This document shows, in pieces, positions 13,243-25,880 of a stretch of 64,000 bases of DNA. A program made the position numbers and the translations under genes. A model generated the notes under the pieces. The model was not told the DNA's origin. It was given only the letters and a program-made list of their open reading frames with translations, and made no database searches. The stretch is taken from positions 91,822,001 to 91,886,000 of the forward strand of contig NC_042999.1 of assembly GCF_006345805.1 (NCBI RefSeq). The letters are read 5' to 3'. The first letter of the stretch is position 1, and the number at the start of each line of letters is the position of its first letter. This DNA comes from Octopus sinensis (Eukaryota).

Positions 13243-13759
13243 CGGTCTCTCTATCTCACCTTCTCAATGAGAATGTATGTACGTATGTTTAAATGTCGAA
13301 TTATGATAAAATCAATTTTACAATAAACTGAAGGATTACTCAATTATTTTCTGTAGAGTACATACTTATTATTCTTTAACAAGCGTAGTCAGTGTTGTCA
13401 GTGACTTCGAAGTTTCGGCTTGTTAAAACTTCATCAGGCAGTTTGTTTTTGGTAATCCGTTGAAGGCTTAACAGTCATATATGATGGTTTCCCCCTCGTT
13501 ATCGAGTATGGCCATTGCACAAAGCTTAACTGTTATTGGCGCTGTGATCGAATGTGACTTTTATTTGCTTTTTAAGGCTACAGCCAGCCATTCAGTTGAA
13601 ACTCACAGAACTATCAACAATCAAGAACAATGTTGTTATCGTGCAATGCCTGTGCAAGAAGAATTGTTTTTAAAGTGAGGAAAGGCTGTGCACTGAGTCA
13701 ATCCCACTCACTAAGCAACAGCAGCCATAATCCGAAAAGAAGAACAAGTCAACATCATC

Positions 13760-14165
13760 GGTAACCACTGAGCTGCAGGTTTTATGTTGGAGTTATCCCA
13801 GTTACCTGAGTTACCGTCTCCTAGAAGGATGCCCTAACAAAGGTTAGGAGTCCTTCACTTCCAATGGTTTAATCCGCGCGTTCGGGTGTTCAGTCCAATT
13901 ATTTATATGTCCCCGCGCATGATACTGCTTTAAGCCTTAAGAAAAAAAATATATACATATATTGGATGGCCGTTGACTCTCAAGAGTTCCTCCACCCTTT
14001 GACGGATTTTGTTTTTCATCCCGCAGGGTGTCCGATAAACACCCTCCTTACCAAGCAAGCTTGGTGGGGTTGCCGGTTTAGTCGCCGACAGCCCGACCAT
14101 GCAACAGGTTGTACTGGGTTACATGTTACCAGAAACACTCGAAAATGACCTGACCTGAAGCAGTC
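13760..14165 (+). mobile_element. Probable RTE-type retroposon 5'-UTR-like sequence (non-coding)
   Basis: AGTTACCGTCTCCTAGA hairpin and GGTTTAGTCGCC...ACTGGGTTACATGTTACCAG resemble RTE 5' regions as recalled; ends in (CATA)n. Confidence 0.4.
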
Positions 14166-14246
14166 ATACATACATACATACTTACATACATACATACAGA
14201 CAGACAGATAGCCCTATGTCAGAGAATGAGAGGTAGGCTAAGATAT

Positions 14247-14289
<43 letters not shown>

Positions 14290-14311
<22 letters not shown>

Positions 14312-14322
14312 GATAGATAGAT

Positions 14323-14399
<77 letters not shown>

Positions 14400-14400
14400 G
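14290..14400. repeat. (GATA)n microsatellite
   Basis: Directly visible. Confidence 0.95.
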
Positions 14401-14693
14401 AGAATTTCTAATGTATTCTAAGTGCACGAAATATTACCAGTTGTATTAGGGTTGTATATTTATAGCACATTATACTCATTTACGCCAATGTTGTCCGCAT
14501 AAATTTGGGGGTTGGCTAAAATGCAGAAACATAGCCAAAGAAGGGCAGTCTTAAAGAGGACTGATATCCGTTCGTTTTTGCTGATGGACTGATTTGACGA
14601 GAACGTAAAATTATTGAAATAGATGTATGAACGTTCCGAATCAATAATAATTTGTTATTCGTTCAGATACATGCATACATACATACATATGCA

Positions 14694-14761
<68 letters not shown>

Positions 14762-15506
14762 AGTAACGACTTCGGCACTCGGGCTGTTCGGGCTTAGCCA
14801 GAGTATAAATTTAGTAAAGTAAACGTGAATTTGCAAATTGATTTAATTTGTGCCAACACTGACTTTAAGTATGTAATCGCAGCGAATAACTCGGGTTCCT
14901 TTTATTGAACCTCGTCGCAGTTCCTTTATTTTCGTTCTGCGTCTGGCAGTCGTCTTTTAGGTGCCCTGTATCAAAAAATATCTTTCGTAGCAGACGTTCT
15001 CTCGACATTGTTCACATGCCTCTGACTCGGGATCAGAAGTTACAACTCGAGTTGCCATCAATAATCGTAAAAATTAAAGTAATTCGAATTCAATGTTTTC
15101 TTGAAACAATAGATTTTTATTGAGATTAGGAATTAAATTCCAATCCATGAAAATTTCCGTTCTACAATATTCTTAAAGAGACGAAAACTTATCCAGTAAC
15201 TCGGGCTAATACGAACGAGCCTGGTAGGTGTAAAAGACTGACATCTCTTGTCAAGAGTACAGGTGGGTGTTATAGCGGTGATATTTCTTGTGCACTCCGC
15301 TGTCGTTATTTGATTGTTGTTATTCTGCGTGTCTGTGAGTAAAGATCAATTGTGTTTTGTAGGGTTGCTTTATTTTTATCCTTAACTTAGAAATGGAGAA
15401 AGACACAGTGTTAGATACAAAAGATAAGCCATTTGGGGTGAGAAATATTGCGGAAAAACGTGAAACTCTATAATGAGCCCGAGTGATGCTGATGACTTGG
15501 CGTCGC

Positions 15507-15556
<50 letters not shown>

Positions 15557-15658
15557 CGCTAATGATCTAAGTGATATGATATATATATATAAAATGTAAT
15601 ATATAAATAAATATCTGTAAATATAAACCATCCGATCTTTTGATTACCTCATTTCTTC

Positions 15659-15698
<40 letters not shown>

Positions 15699-15700
<2 letters not shown>

Positions 15701-17118
15701 ATGACATCGACTTCCTGTCCCTTCTTCCCAAAACAACTGATACGAATTCACTTCTACTTAGTCTTGATGTGGTAAGTCTTTACACCAATATTCCATACGC
15801 TTTAGGAACAAAGGCGAATAAATACTGGGTTGAAAACCACAGAGAAGTGATTCCTAACAGATTTCAGTGCCATTTATATTAGACATATTCTGGAAAACAG
15901 CACATTCTTCTTCAATTAAAAGAAGCACATCCAAATTAAAGACATGGTGATAGGAACGAGGTTTTCTCCCGTCTACGCGATCTCTGTAATAGGATACTTA
16001 GAACGACAACTCTACCAAGAAGTAGTGGAAAGCTATGACACTAAATTTAGAAAGTATATTGAAAAAGCATGGAAGAGATACCTTGACGATTGCTTCATAA
16101 TCTGGACAGAATCTCTAAATACTCTGGAAGAGTTCAATATCCTCCTGAACAGCCTACACCCGTCTCTCCAATTCACAAAGGAGATGGGTAGTATCAAATT
16201 ACCATTCCTAATTATAATGGTAATTAAAAAGAACATCACCATTACCACCGATTATACTATAAAAACACGGACACACATCAGTACCTGATTTTTAAGTCGT
16301 GCCATCCACTACATACGAAACGCAACATCCCATACTGTCTAGCCAGAAGAATTTGTACCATTGTAGAAGATGCGAATATCAGAAACAAACGCCTAGCAGA
16401 ACTAAGAGAATTTTTGTTCAAACAAAATACCCGTCTCTACTTATGGAAAATGGCATACAGTGGGCTATAAAAATACTCATACAACAACTGAAGACAACCC
16501 AAAGAAGAGGAAAACAAGAACAAGCCATACCATTTATAGTGACACACAACCCATGTCACCAGAATATCGTCAACATCGCTAAAGCAAACCTACCAATCAT
16601 TGTTCAAATTAATGAATTAAAAGATATAATCACAGATCGAGTTATGGTTCTTAGTAAAGGACAGCCTAAAACTTCAAAAAATTATTAACAAAGGCAAAAT
16701 TTGACCTTAGCAACAAAGACGAATCATCCACTGTATCTAAATGCAATGATAGCCGGAGTGGCACATGCCAATTCATACATACCAGCCAATATATGAGCAC
16801 AAAAACCGGAAAAATATTCACAAACGCAAAAATGAACTGCAAGAGCAGAAATTTACTTTACTGCATCAAATGTTGAAATTGTGAAGAACTATATGAGGGT
16901 CGGACTGGAAATGCACTATCAGAATGTTCACATGTGCACCGACAGCAAATTAGAGACCCAGATGTGCATCAGATTCCTTTGAATAACCATCTAGCAACAG
17001 GTAGTCGGAAAATATTTATAATATTTCTATTCCACAAACTACACAGTTCAAGTGAAATCGAGAGAAAAATTAGATAAAAGAACTTTAATAGATTCCAAGC
17101 CAAGCTAAATAAACAATA
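15699..17118 (+). mobile_element. 5'-truncated Penelope-like element, RT plus C-terminal GIY-YIG endonuclease, pseudogenised
   Basis: SLDVVSLYTNIP, GTRFSPVYA, RYLDDCFIIW, LNSLHPSLQFT, HQYL..KSCHP, then MNCKSRNLLYCIKC and IPLNNHL; frameshifts and stops present. Confidence 0.92.
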
Positions 17119-17599
17119 ATAATAATACTTAGAGGTACTATCTCTTCTGCTACGACCACAGCCACTAACAACAACAATACTAAAGGTTCTCATGATGACG
17201 ATAGCAGGAAAATACTAAGCTAAGTCAAGAGAAAAGTCAATAAAAATAATATTTAGGGTTTAAAGTTCTATTACCACAGCTACTCCTACTACTACCACCA
17301 CCACCAACAATAATAAAGGTGATGATAATGGTGATGATGATAATTGAAATGAAAAATCCCTGGGAAATGTTTACATTTCTAAAAGTAGCTAAACAATTAC
17401 TGCTTTAGCCAGGCTCAAAATACAGGTCTCTTGACATGTTCAACAAACCGTGACGCCTAAATCAAACACCAGTCAACTTGAGTAATTTAGTAAAGCCAAA
17501 CACTGATTGGTCAGAATACAGTTTGCAAAACTTAACATTCTGGAGCCTGTACAAATGTATCTTCTAGCGAAAATCAGTCAACGTATTGACTGAATTATA

Positions 17600-17828
17600 C
17601 AGGGTGACCCAAAAGTAGGTTTACAGTTATTCAACTATCACTTTTGCATTCATATATTAACAGTTTAGAGCTTAAATATAAAAAAAATATGAAACCAAGC
17701 TAATTTAGTTAATTTTGTCAAGCTCCCTTTTCAGCTTGTCAGATAGAAATTTAAATAGAATAAAATATTTTAAAAGAAATTTAAAGTGTATACGTTATAA
17801 CTGTAAACCTAATTTTTGGACCAACCTG
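17600..17828. mobile_element. Tc1/mariner-type MITE (229 bp)
   Basis: Imperfect ~31-bp TIRs CAGGGTGACCCAAAAGTAGGTTTACAGTTAT / ATAACTGTAAACCTAATTTTTGGACCAACCTG, flanked by TA. Confidence 0.85.
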
Positions 17829-18559
17829 TATATAAAGGTATAGCTTTATTAAGTTCGTTCACAGCTGCCTCTCTTAGATACATCTCATTGACAAGGGTAA
17901 AAAACTCGAAACATTTATGTCTGAGATTCCCGATAGATGGTGACACTGAACGAACTGGGTGTTTTCACACCTTTTTACCATAAGAGAGATGTTTTTTTCC
18001 ACGGTAACTGTAGTGTATTTGCTTTTAGGAGTTTAGTTAAAATATGTAACAAACATATTTCAACTAACCTAAATTCTGCTCATACCTAAACACTGCGGTA
18101 CACTTTTTGGTTATCTCACCACCATCACAAAATTAGGTTATCTAAAAAAATTGTTTAACCCTCAATAAAACAAAAACAAAAAAAATGAAAAAATTAATAA
18201 ACATGAAAAGCGAAAAGATTAAATGTCTTATTGAATCTGATAATATTTTTATAACAAATCATACGAAACTGCAAAAAATTAATAAATAAGAAAATTCAAA
18301 AGATTAAACATCTTACTGAACCTGATCAGATTTTTATAACAAATCATAGCATGCCTATTGAGGAGGCGAAAAGTCAAAAATGTGCTGAAGTATTGAATAA
18401 TTCAATCCCTCATCATCACATAAACTCAATATTTTAGTGGGGAGATAACCCAATTTTTTAATGGCAATTTTTTAATGGGTGTGAGATAAGCAAAAAGTAC
18501 CAACACTGCTTTGCGCCTATGCACCATATATATGTGTGTATGTGTTTTTATACATACTA

Positions 18560-19476
18560 TGTGGGGTTTTTATACTTCATAAATAATGCTTGTTTTTTAT
18601 ACTTTTATTTTTCAAAATTAAGAAAAATTAAATTCTTTTAATACTCTCCTTCATTCTCTACAATGCTCTTCCATATATCTGGTAGGCTTGCAAGCTTCCT
18701 CTTCCAAGATTCATTTGTTTGTGAAGAAAAATACTCCTCCAGTATTACTTTAACCTTGTCTACTGAAAACATATTTTTTTCCGTCCAAATGATTTTGAAG
18801 ATTGCGGAATAAATGATAATCAGATAGGGTAATGTCCGGCGAATATGGTGGGTGGGGCATTGTTTCCCATTGAAACTGGACCAGCCTTTGGAATGTCATG
18901 GTCGATACACGTGGCCGAGTATTATCCTCTTGGAAAAAATACCTTTCGATTTGAAACCAAAGATGCTCTTTTTCCGATGGCATACACGTGTTATTGAATA
19001 GTTGACTGACCAAATCCAAGCCTCTCTGCTAGTTCTTTGGCAGTTACGATGACGTTTTTTTGCCACCAGGGTTTGCAGGACGTTCTCGCCAAGCGCTACA
19101 GATCTTCCACGACTAGGCTCGTCTTAAAGGCTGTAGTTTTCGGCTCGGAATTTCTGAAACCGCCGTTGACACAGGCTTATGTTTATTGTCCGATCCCCAT
19201 ATACTGTATTGATATTCCTTAGACTTTCTGTTGCGTTGTTTGTTGCCTTTATTGAACTCATAAATATGCCGAATATGCTCCTTTGTCACTTCCATTATAG
19301 CTTTGAAAAAATAACAGTTAAAATCGAACTGCACTCTTCAGAACTTGCACTGAGAATAAGTACACAGTAAAATTACTACCTGCTTTTATAGCAAGTTGAT
19401 GCAGGTAGTTTATGCCGCACTCCGACTTTTAGTTCATGCAATTGAAAAAAACCGCATTATTCATGGGATGACCCAA
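18560..19476 (-). mobile_element. Internally deleted mariner (DD34D-type) element
   Basis: MEVTKEHIRHI.YEFNKGN N-terminus; FQEDNTRPRVS...HPPYSPDITLSDYHLFRNLQNHLDGK; TIR-like TTGGGTCATCCCATGAATAATGCGG at the right end. Confidence 0.9.
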
Positions 19477-19664
19477 ACAATATATATATAATATTTAGAT
19501 ATATACGAAACAACATTTAGTAGGAGTCACATATATTATTATTTAAAACAGTTTGATTCGGTTCCGAGGCACTTCAAATTCCGCAGGACCCTAACTGGAG
19601 CCCGACTCTTTCAGGCTTCTGGAATGTGGAACAGAGAGATTTAGGAAATCCAAAATGGATATTC

Positions 19665-19780
19665 ATACATACATACATACATACATACATACATACATAC
19701 ATACATACATACATACAAACAAACATACATACATACATACATACATACATACATACATACATACATACATACATACATAG
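19665..19780. repeat. (CATA)n microsatellite
   Basis: Directly visible. Confidence 0.95.
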
Positions 19781-22041
19781 CCAGCTATCAATGGCTATAT
19801 GTTAAGCATACTTAACGCTTAGTTTGTATATAATGTCCATAGGCCAGTTTCGGCAGTATTTATTCTGAGATAACTTCTCTTATGAATTTGCCCTGTTAAA
19901 AATACAAGAAATGTAAGAGAGAAGCGAAGATTTGTCCCCGAAGCGTCCAGTGAGATGTGTTTTGGCCATTTTGGTAAGTCCATCTTATCTCAGGACAGAT
20001 ACCGCGGTAAGTAGTTTTATACATAAATCAGAGTGGTCAGTGGCGCGTATTTGAACAACATATAAAAAAATATTCGGATATATAAAATCCCATACAGCAT
20101 AAATTCTAGATGTATTACAAATATATGCTCCTCTACAAAATGTGTCATAATTACCAAATAACAATTTAAACCAGTTCCACTTGAGAAGGAGACATAAACC
20201 CAGAATGAAGATTATCCAAAAGTGACATGTCTTAAAACCTCTCAAGTAGGGTCCGTATGATTCTTGGGAATCCATATAAGATTTTGTTGTTAAAATTTGT
20301 GCAATAAATTGTTTAATTTTTAAATGTCTTTTTACGCAATTTCTACTAATATTTAATTATAAAAATATAATTTAGTTATGATAGATGTAATTTTTAAACA
20401 TCGAATGGTTATGGTGGTAGGATGGGGCGGGGCAGTAGAGTGAAATAGGAATCAAAAGGGTCCATTCTTGAGACACACTATTTTAAAGGAAAAGCACAGG
20501 ATTATTAACTGGAGATTAGAGAAGAGTCATGCATATGTGTTTCTCGCTTAATAGCTGTCATCAGCATGATAAATGCTTATTTATACCGAAAAGATAGAAA
20601 ACATTTATTGCCAATGTAATTTCAGTGTTTATTACTTTAAGTTTATTTGTGGCACTTTAGTTCTTCGTTTAAATCTTCCCTGTAGAGATGTATTCTTCAT
20701 CTCATCATACCGTAAAAATATCGCATATATGAACCAATGAAGCTGGTTGTTGGCTCTGCGAGAAACAATAGCCAAATTTCTTCCAAATGCACTTAACCAT
20801 CTAAAAACTAATGAGAGGGAAAAAGAGAAATAAAGAGAGAATGGGGGATCACACTGGATTACATACCAAAGAAATGGAACACTTTTCGCCATACGTCTGC
20901 TGAATGAGATTAAACTTAGGGCTAAACATGAATATCGTATGTTTCCTTATACGAACATTGGAAATCAGAATTTTAAAACCTTTCGCGGCTTAAAATGAAC
21001 ACATTAACAATTAACACAATATTGATCTTTAACACTAAAAGAAAGCGGGCGTACATTTGGTAATAATAAATCACTTATTGAGTTGTGACGTATCAGAAAA
21101 TTGGATGTTATTAATGAAATAAAAGTGATTCTAAGGGGAGACAGTTGAATTTCTGAAAGTGAGAAGCCTTTAAATTTCTAAATATGTCCTGCCTTTCTCG
21201 ACTTCTGTTAGCCTTTATGATTGAGAATTCAACATTTGACACTTTGAAAAAGAAATTTCGATTAAGTAATGTAAGAAATCTGTGCTGAAACTGTGTATTT
21301 AATAATAGAAATAATAGTTATCCTTACACACTGTTACTTGTATAATATACGCATATAAATACAATCAATGCACATTACAGATAGTTTTACTGTGTTGGTT
21401 AAATTTAACAGGTATGATTGGTAATAGAGGTCAACAGTGAGACAAAAATAATTTGTAGCAGATATGACATTGATTTAGTTGCGTGCGTCTGGAAACGATG
21501 GAATAAAAGAACTCACAGAAAACCATCAATTGACGAATCAATTTTGAACAGAACTATCTTAAAAATGCTTCCTCTCTCTCTGAAGCAATGTAATAACACG
21601 CCACTACTAGCGGTTGATTCTATTAATTCTTTACAATTTACTAAATTATGTTTCCGACCTAAGGTTACATATTTTAGATATAATTTATCCAAATAATATT
21701 CATCGGGAATGTCACACGCAAGTTCTTCGTATAATATTGATTTCTTATAGCCTGAAAACCAAATTTTATGAGGATTTCATTATATCGTCTATGATATTGA
21801 AGAAAAGATTCGTTGTTCGTGTTCCATCGATGGCAATGTATAATGTCATAAGCAAAGTATTTAAGTATTGCCTGGCCAAATTAGTGAGTCATAAGTAGCT
21901 GCTTCAAAGCTTGATCGGTGTAGAAAGCCGAAGCACTTTAAAATTTATATATATTGCTGTTATTGTGATGCTGTGGAGATTAAATAAAAAGCTAAAGGCA
22001 AACATATATACATGTACACACATACCCTCTATTTTTATTGT

Positions 22042-22200
22042 GGAGTGGCTGTGTGGTAAGTAGTTTGCTAACCAGCCACATGGTTCCGGGTTCAGTCCCA
22101 CTGCGTGGCATCTTGGGCAAGTCTCTTCTACTATAGCCCCGGGCCGACCAATGCCTTGTGAGTGGATTTAGCAGACGGAAAATGAAAGAAGCCTGTCGTA
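22042..22200 (+). mobile_element. tRNA-derived SINE, family B (5' half)
   Basis: GGAGTGGCTGTGTGGTAAG...GGGTTCAGTCCCACTGCGTGGC head, shared with 41720 and 49935. Confidence 0.9.
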
Positions 22201-22242
<42 letters not shown>

Positions 22243-22413
22243 CACAAACGCTTATATGTTAATGTGTGCTGGTTGTACGCTCGTACATGAAGACAATACG
22301 AAACTGACCGGGGAAAAAACCAAAGAACACATATACGTTGAAGGTGAGACATGCTTTTAGAATAAATCGTAGCTAGTAACTTCGAAGTAACACCGACTGC
22401 ACGTTTCAGATAT

Positions 22414-22448
<35 letters not shown>

Positions 22449-22877
22449 CGGGCGTGTGTGTGTGTGTGTGTTTGAGTGAGAGTGTGTGTGTGTGTGTGTG
22501 AATGAGAGTGAGTATACATATGCATTATGTGTTTGTTTCTTTGCTCGTTTAGAAATGTAGCATATGGGCCTGCAGTATATTTCCTTGTAAATTCGATGCC
22601 AGTTTGCAGCGGTTCACGCTGGTGTAACGAGCATCGCTGTGAAAAACAGCGGGTTCAAGTATCCTTGGCAAGCTTCTCTAACTTACCCCAACCGTTTACT
22701 GGCTTCTGAATGTATTTAAATCGAAACGCTATATATCATTTTGCTTTATATATCATATCATTCATGCACATCCACACACACACACGCACGCTCACGTGCG
22801 CGCAGACTTATTTCTTCATCGCATCTTACGGTAAAAAATATTGCACACATGAGCCAATCAAGCCGGTTGTTAACTTC

Positions 22878-22910
<33 letters not shown>

Positions 22911-22967
22911 TGTATGTATGTATGTATGTATGTAGAGATGGAAGCTCTGACTAAACGACAATCTTAC

Positions 22968-23026
22968 CTTTCAGATGTCGTCTCTTATTGGTTGTCACAT
23001 TAATTTCGCACAGTTGTTCAATCCTA
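22968..23026 (-). other. Candidate 59-nt coding exon (RIEQLCEINVTTNKRRHLK), host gene unknown
   Basis: Long polypyrimidine tract ending cctcag, one open frame, donor AAG|GTAAGA; no homology recognised. Confidence 0.3.
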
Positions 23027-23618
23027 CTGAGGAGGACAATAAAGCACTACAAAGAGCACATCAATGAAAAGAGAAATGATCATAAACTTGAACTAAAGTA
23101 TTCTATTATATATTTCAATATTTTTCGTCTATCTGAAGAAGTAATTATGTGGTACATCCACAGATTGCATCTATAGTATAACATGCATTTATGTGCATTA
23201 TATATAATTAAAGATTTTTTTTTTCTGTATGTATAAAAACAAAGAGCATCGAATGAATAACAAATAATTTAACGTGTGAAATTCAGTTAAATGCTTATTT
23301 CTGAAAAGTTGACATGGCTTTCGAAGTTTCACTGAATCTAGATTTTTAAATTGTATTGCAAGAAGAGATATTGAGCATATGTACAAATTTTAAAAGTAAG
23401 CGAGACACAGGTAATACTAAGGAGCGCAAAGAAATACCGATAGGTGACTATAATATAAAAAAAGTACAAGAGAATTACGCAAAGTAGGTTTGTAATTAAT
23501 ATTTAGTCAAAAAAGTAAAATAATTGTTTTGAATTTTGGCACAAGGCCAGTAGTTTTGAAAAATGGATAATATTGTCTACCGTTCTTGGCGAGTATTTTA
23601 ATGTTCCTAGAAAGATAA

Positions 23619-24036
23619 GGCGGCGAGCTGGCAGAAACGTTAGCACGCCGGGCGAAATGCTTAGCGGTATTTCGTCTGCCGCTACTTTCTGAGTTCAAAT
23701 TCCGCCGAGGTCGACTTTGCCTTTCATCCTTTCGGGGTCGATTAAATAAGTACCAGTTACGCACTGGGGTTGATGTAATCGACTTAATTCGTTCGTCTGT
23801 CCTTGTTTGTCCCCTCTATGTTTAGCCCCTTGTGGGTAGTAAAAAAATAGGTATTTCGTCTGACGCTACGTTCTGAGTTCAAATTCTGCCGAGGTCGATT
23901 TTGCCTTTCATCCTTTCAGGGTCGATAAATTAAGTATCAATTACGCACTGGGGTCGATGTAATCGACTTAATCCATTTGTCTGTCTCTGATAGTCTCCTC
24001 TATGTTTAGCCCCTTGTGGCTATAAAGAAATAAGAA
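23619..24036 (+). mobile_element. Full SINE A (23619-23850) followed by a 5'-truncated second copy (23851-24036)
   Basis: GGCGGCGAGCTGGCAGAAACG head; body and tail repeated. Confidence 0.92.
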
Positions 24037-25232
24037 ACATTAAAGGCAAAGTCGACTTCCGCAGAATGTGAGGCAAAAACGTGAAGATACTACCAGCCTG
24101 ACATCTCTCGTCTTGAAATAATGATATAATAAATGTGGGACGAAAGATGGGTACCAAAATATGTATGTCTCTGTAGAGTACTTCATATGCATATTGTTTT
24201 ATGAATTATTTTAAGGGTTTATGATTTTAAGGCTGCAGTGACTAGATTGAAAAAAATTGAGACAATGTTACTGACAGCCATTATCTATAAGAAAGGTGGC
24301 TTTGCAAAACTGTCAAAATATCTATAAAATATTTGATTTTATTTTGAAAAGGAATTAGTTTAGGTATAAAATCGTGGAATAAGTTATTGATTCAAAGTGT
24401 TATTGAATTAAAAAGAAACGGTTTCTTAAGAATGGTATCTGCAAAATTTTTATTTTAATAGAAATTTTATTAAAATTTAAACGATTATATAGAATAATTC
24501 TTGATGAAAATTAATGTCAGCGTTTATAAATGTATTCATGATATTTATTTAATATAGTGTGAAAAGGAAAAAAAAATTAATGTATTAAAAACTCTTAATA
24601 TGACAAAAACAGATAAGTTTTTCAACAGATTATACTTTATATTTTTTTTACAATTTGTTTATTAAAAATTCTTACAAAAGAGACATGCGCTAATGTTTGT
24701 ATGTTGTTTTTGTTTAAGAAAAAATAAAATCAGTATATTTGAGTTGTTATAATACTCACTTATATTTAAATAGAGCTAAGTTTTAGTTATATTATGTTAA
24801 ATACAAATGACTTTAAAAAAAACAATTAGCTGTAATCTAAATAAAAACAAAATCTGAAAATAGTTGATATGAATTATTTTAACTACCTTCTTTAAAAACG
24901 GTGTTTTTAGCAGAATAATATTTTGAATAATTTAAGCTCTTTGTTATGTTTTATAACTAAAATCATTTCTTTCCAAAAAAAATATAAGATTTTTTTGAGG
25001 TAATATTAATAATACCAATTGTAAACGAAACTGCCTTTATTTTCGAATTTTACACTCTGTATTTATATATTCACAAACACTCAGAATAAGTTTAATATTT
25101 TGGTGCAAGGCCAAAAATTTCGGGTAAGTGGGTAAGTCGCTCACAGTGTCCAACCGGTACTTATTTTACCAACCTCGAAAGAAGGAAAGACAAAGTCGAA
25201 TTTAATGATATTCATATTAAACACGCCACTTG

Positions 25233-25880
25233 AAGGCGGCGAGGTGGCAGAGTCGATATTACACCGAGTTCATATTTCACCATATTTGAATTTGCTTTTC
25301 ATCATTTCGAGGTCGAGAAATTAAGTACCAGTTAAACGCTGGGGTCGAGGTAATCAACTTAAACCCTCCCTAAAAATTGCTGGTTTTGTGCCAAAATTTT
25401 GAAATCATATTAAGCATGCCCCTAGGGTGGCGAGTTGGCAGAATCGTGAGCACGCTGAACAAAATGCTTAACGGCATTTCGCCCGTGTTTACGTTCTGAG
25501 TTCAAGTTCCGTGAAGGCCGAGTTTGCCTTTCATCTTTTCGGGGTCGATTAGCTAAGTACCAGTTGAGTACTGGGGTCGATGTAATCAACTTAAACCCTC
25601 CCTAAAAATTGCTGGTTTTGTGCCAACATTTGGAAACCATATTAAGCATACCCCTAGGGTGGCGAGTTGGCAGAATCGTGAGCACGCTGAACAAAATGCT
25701 TAACGGCATTTCGTCCGTGTTTACGTTCTGAGTTCAAGTTCCGTGAAGGCCGAGTTTGCCTTTCATCTTTTCGGGGTCGATTAAATAAGTACCAGTTGAG
25801 TACTAAGGTTGATGTAATCGACTCACCCATTTACCCGAAATCGCTGGCCATGTGCAAAAATTTGACACAAAATATTAAAG
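25233..25880 (+). mobile_element. Head-to-tail array of three SINE A-related copies, including a 232-bp tandem duplication
   Basis: 25339-25570 and 25571-25802 are near-identical. Confidence 0.88.
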
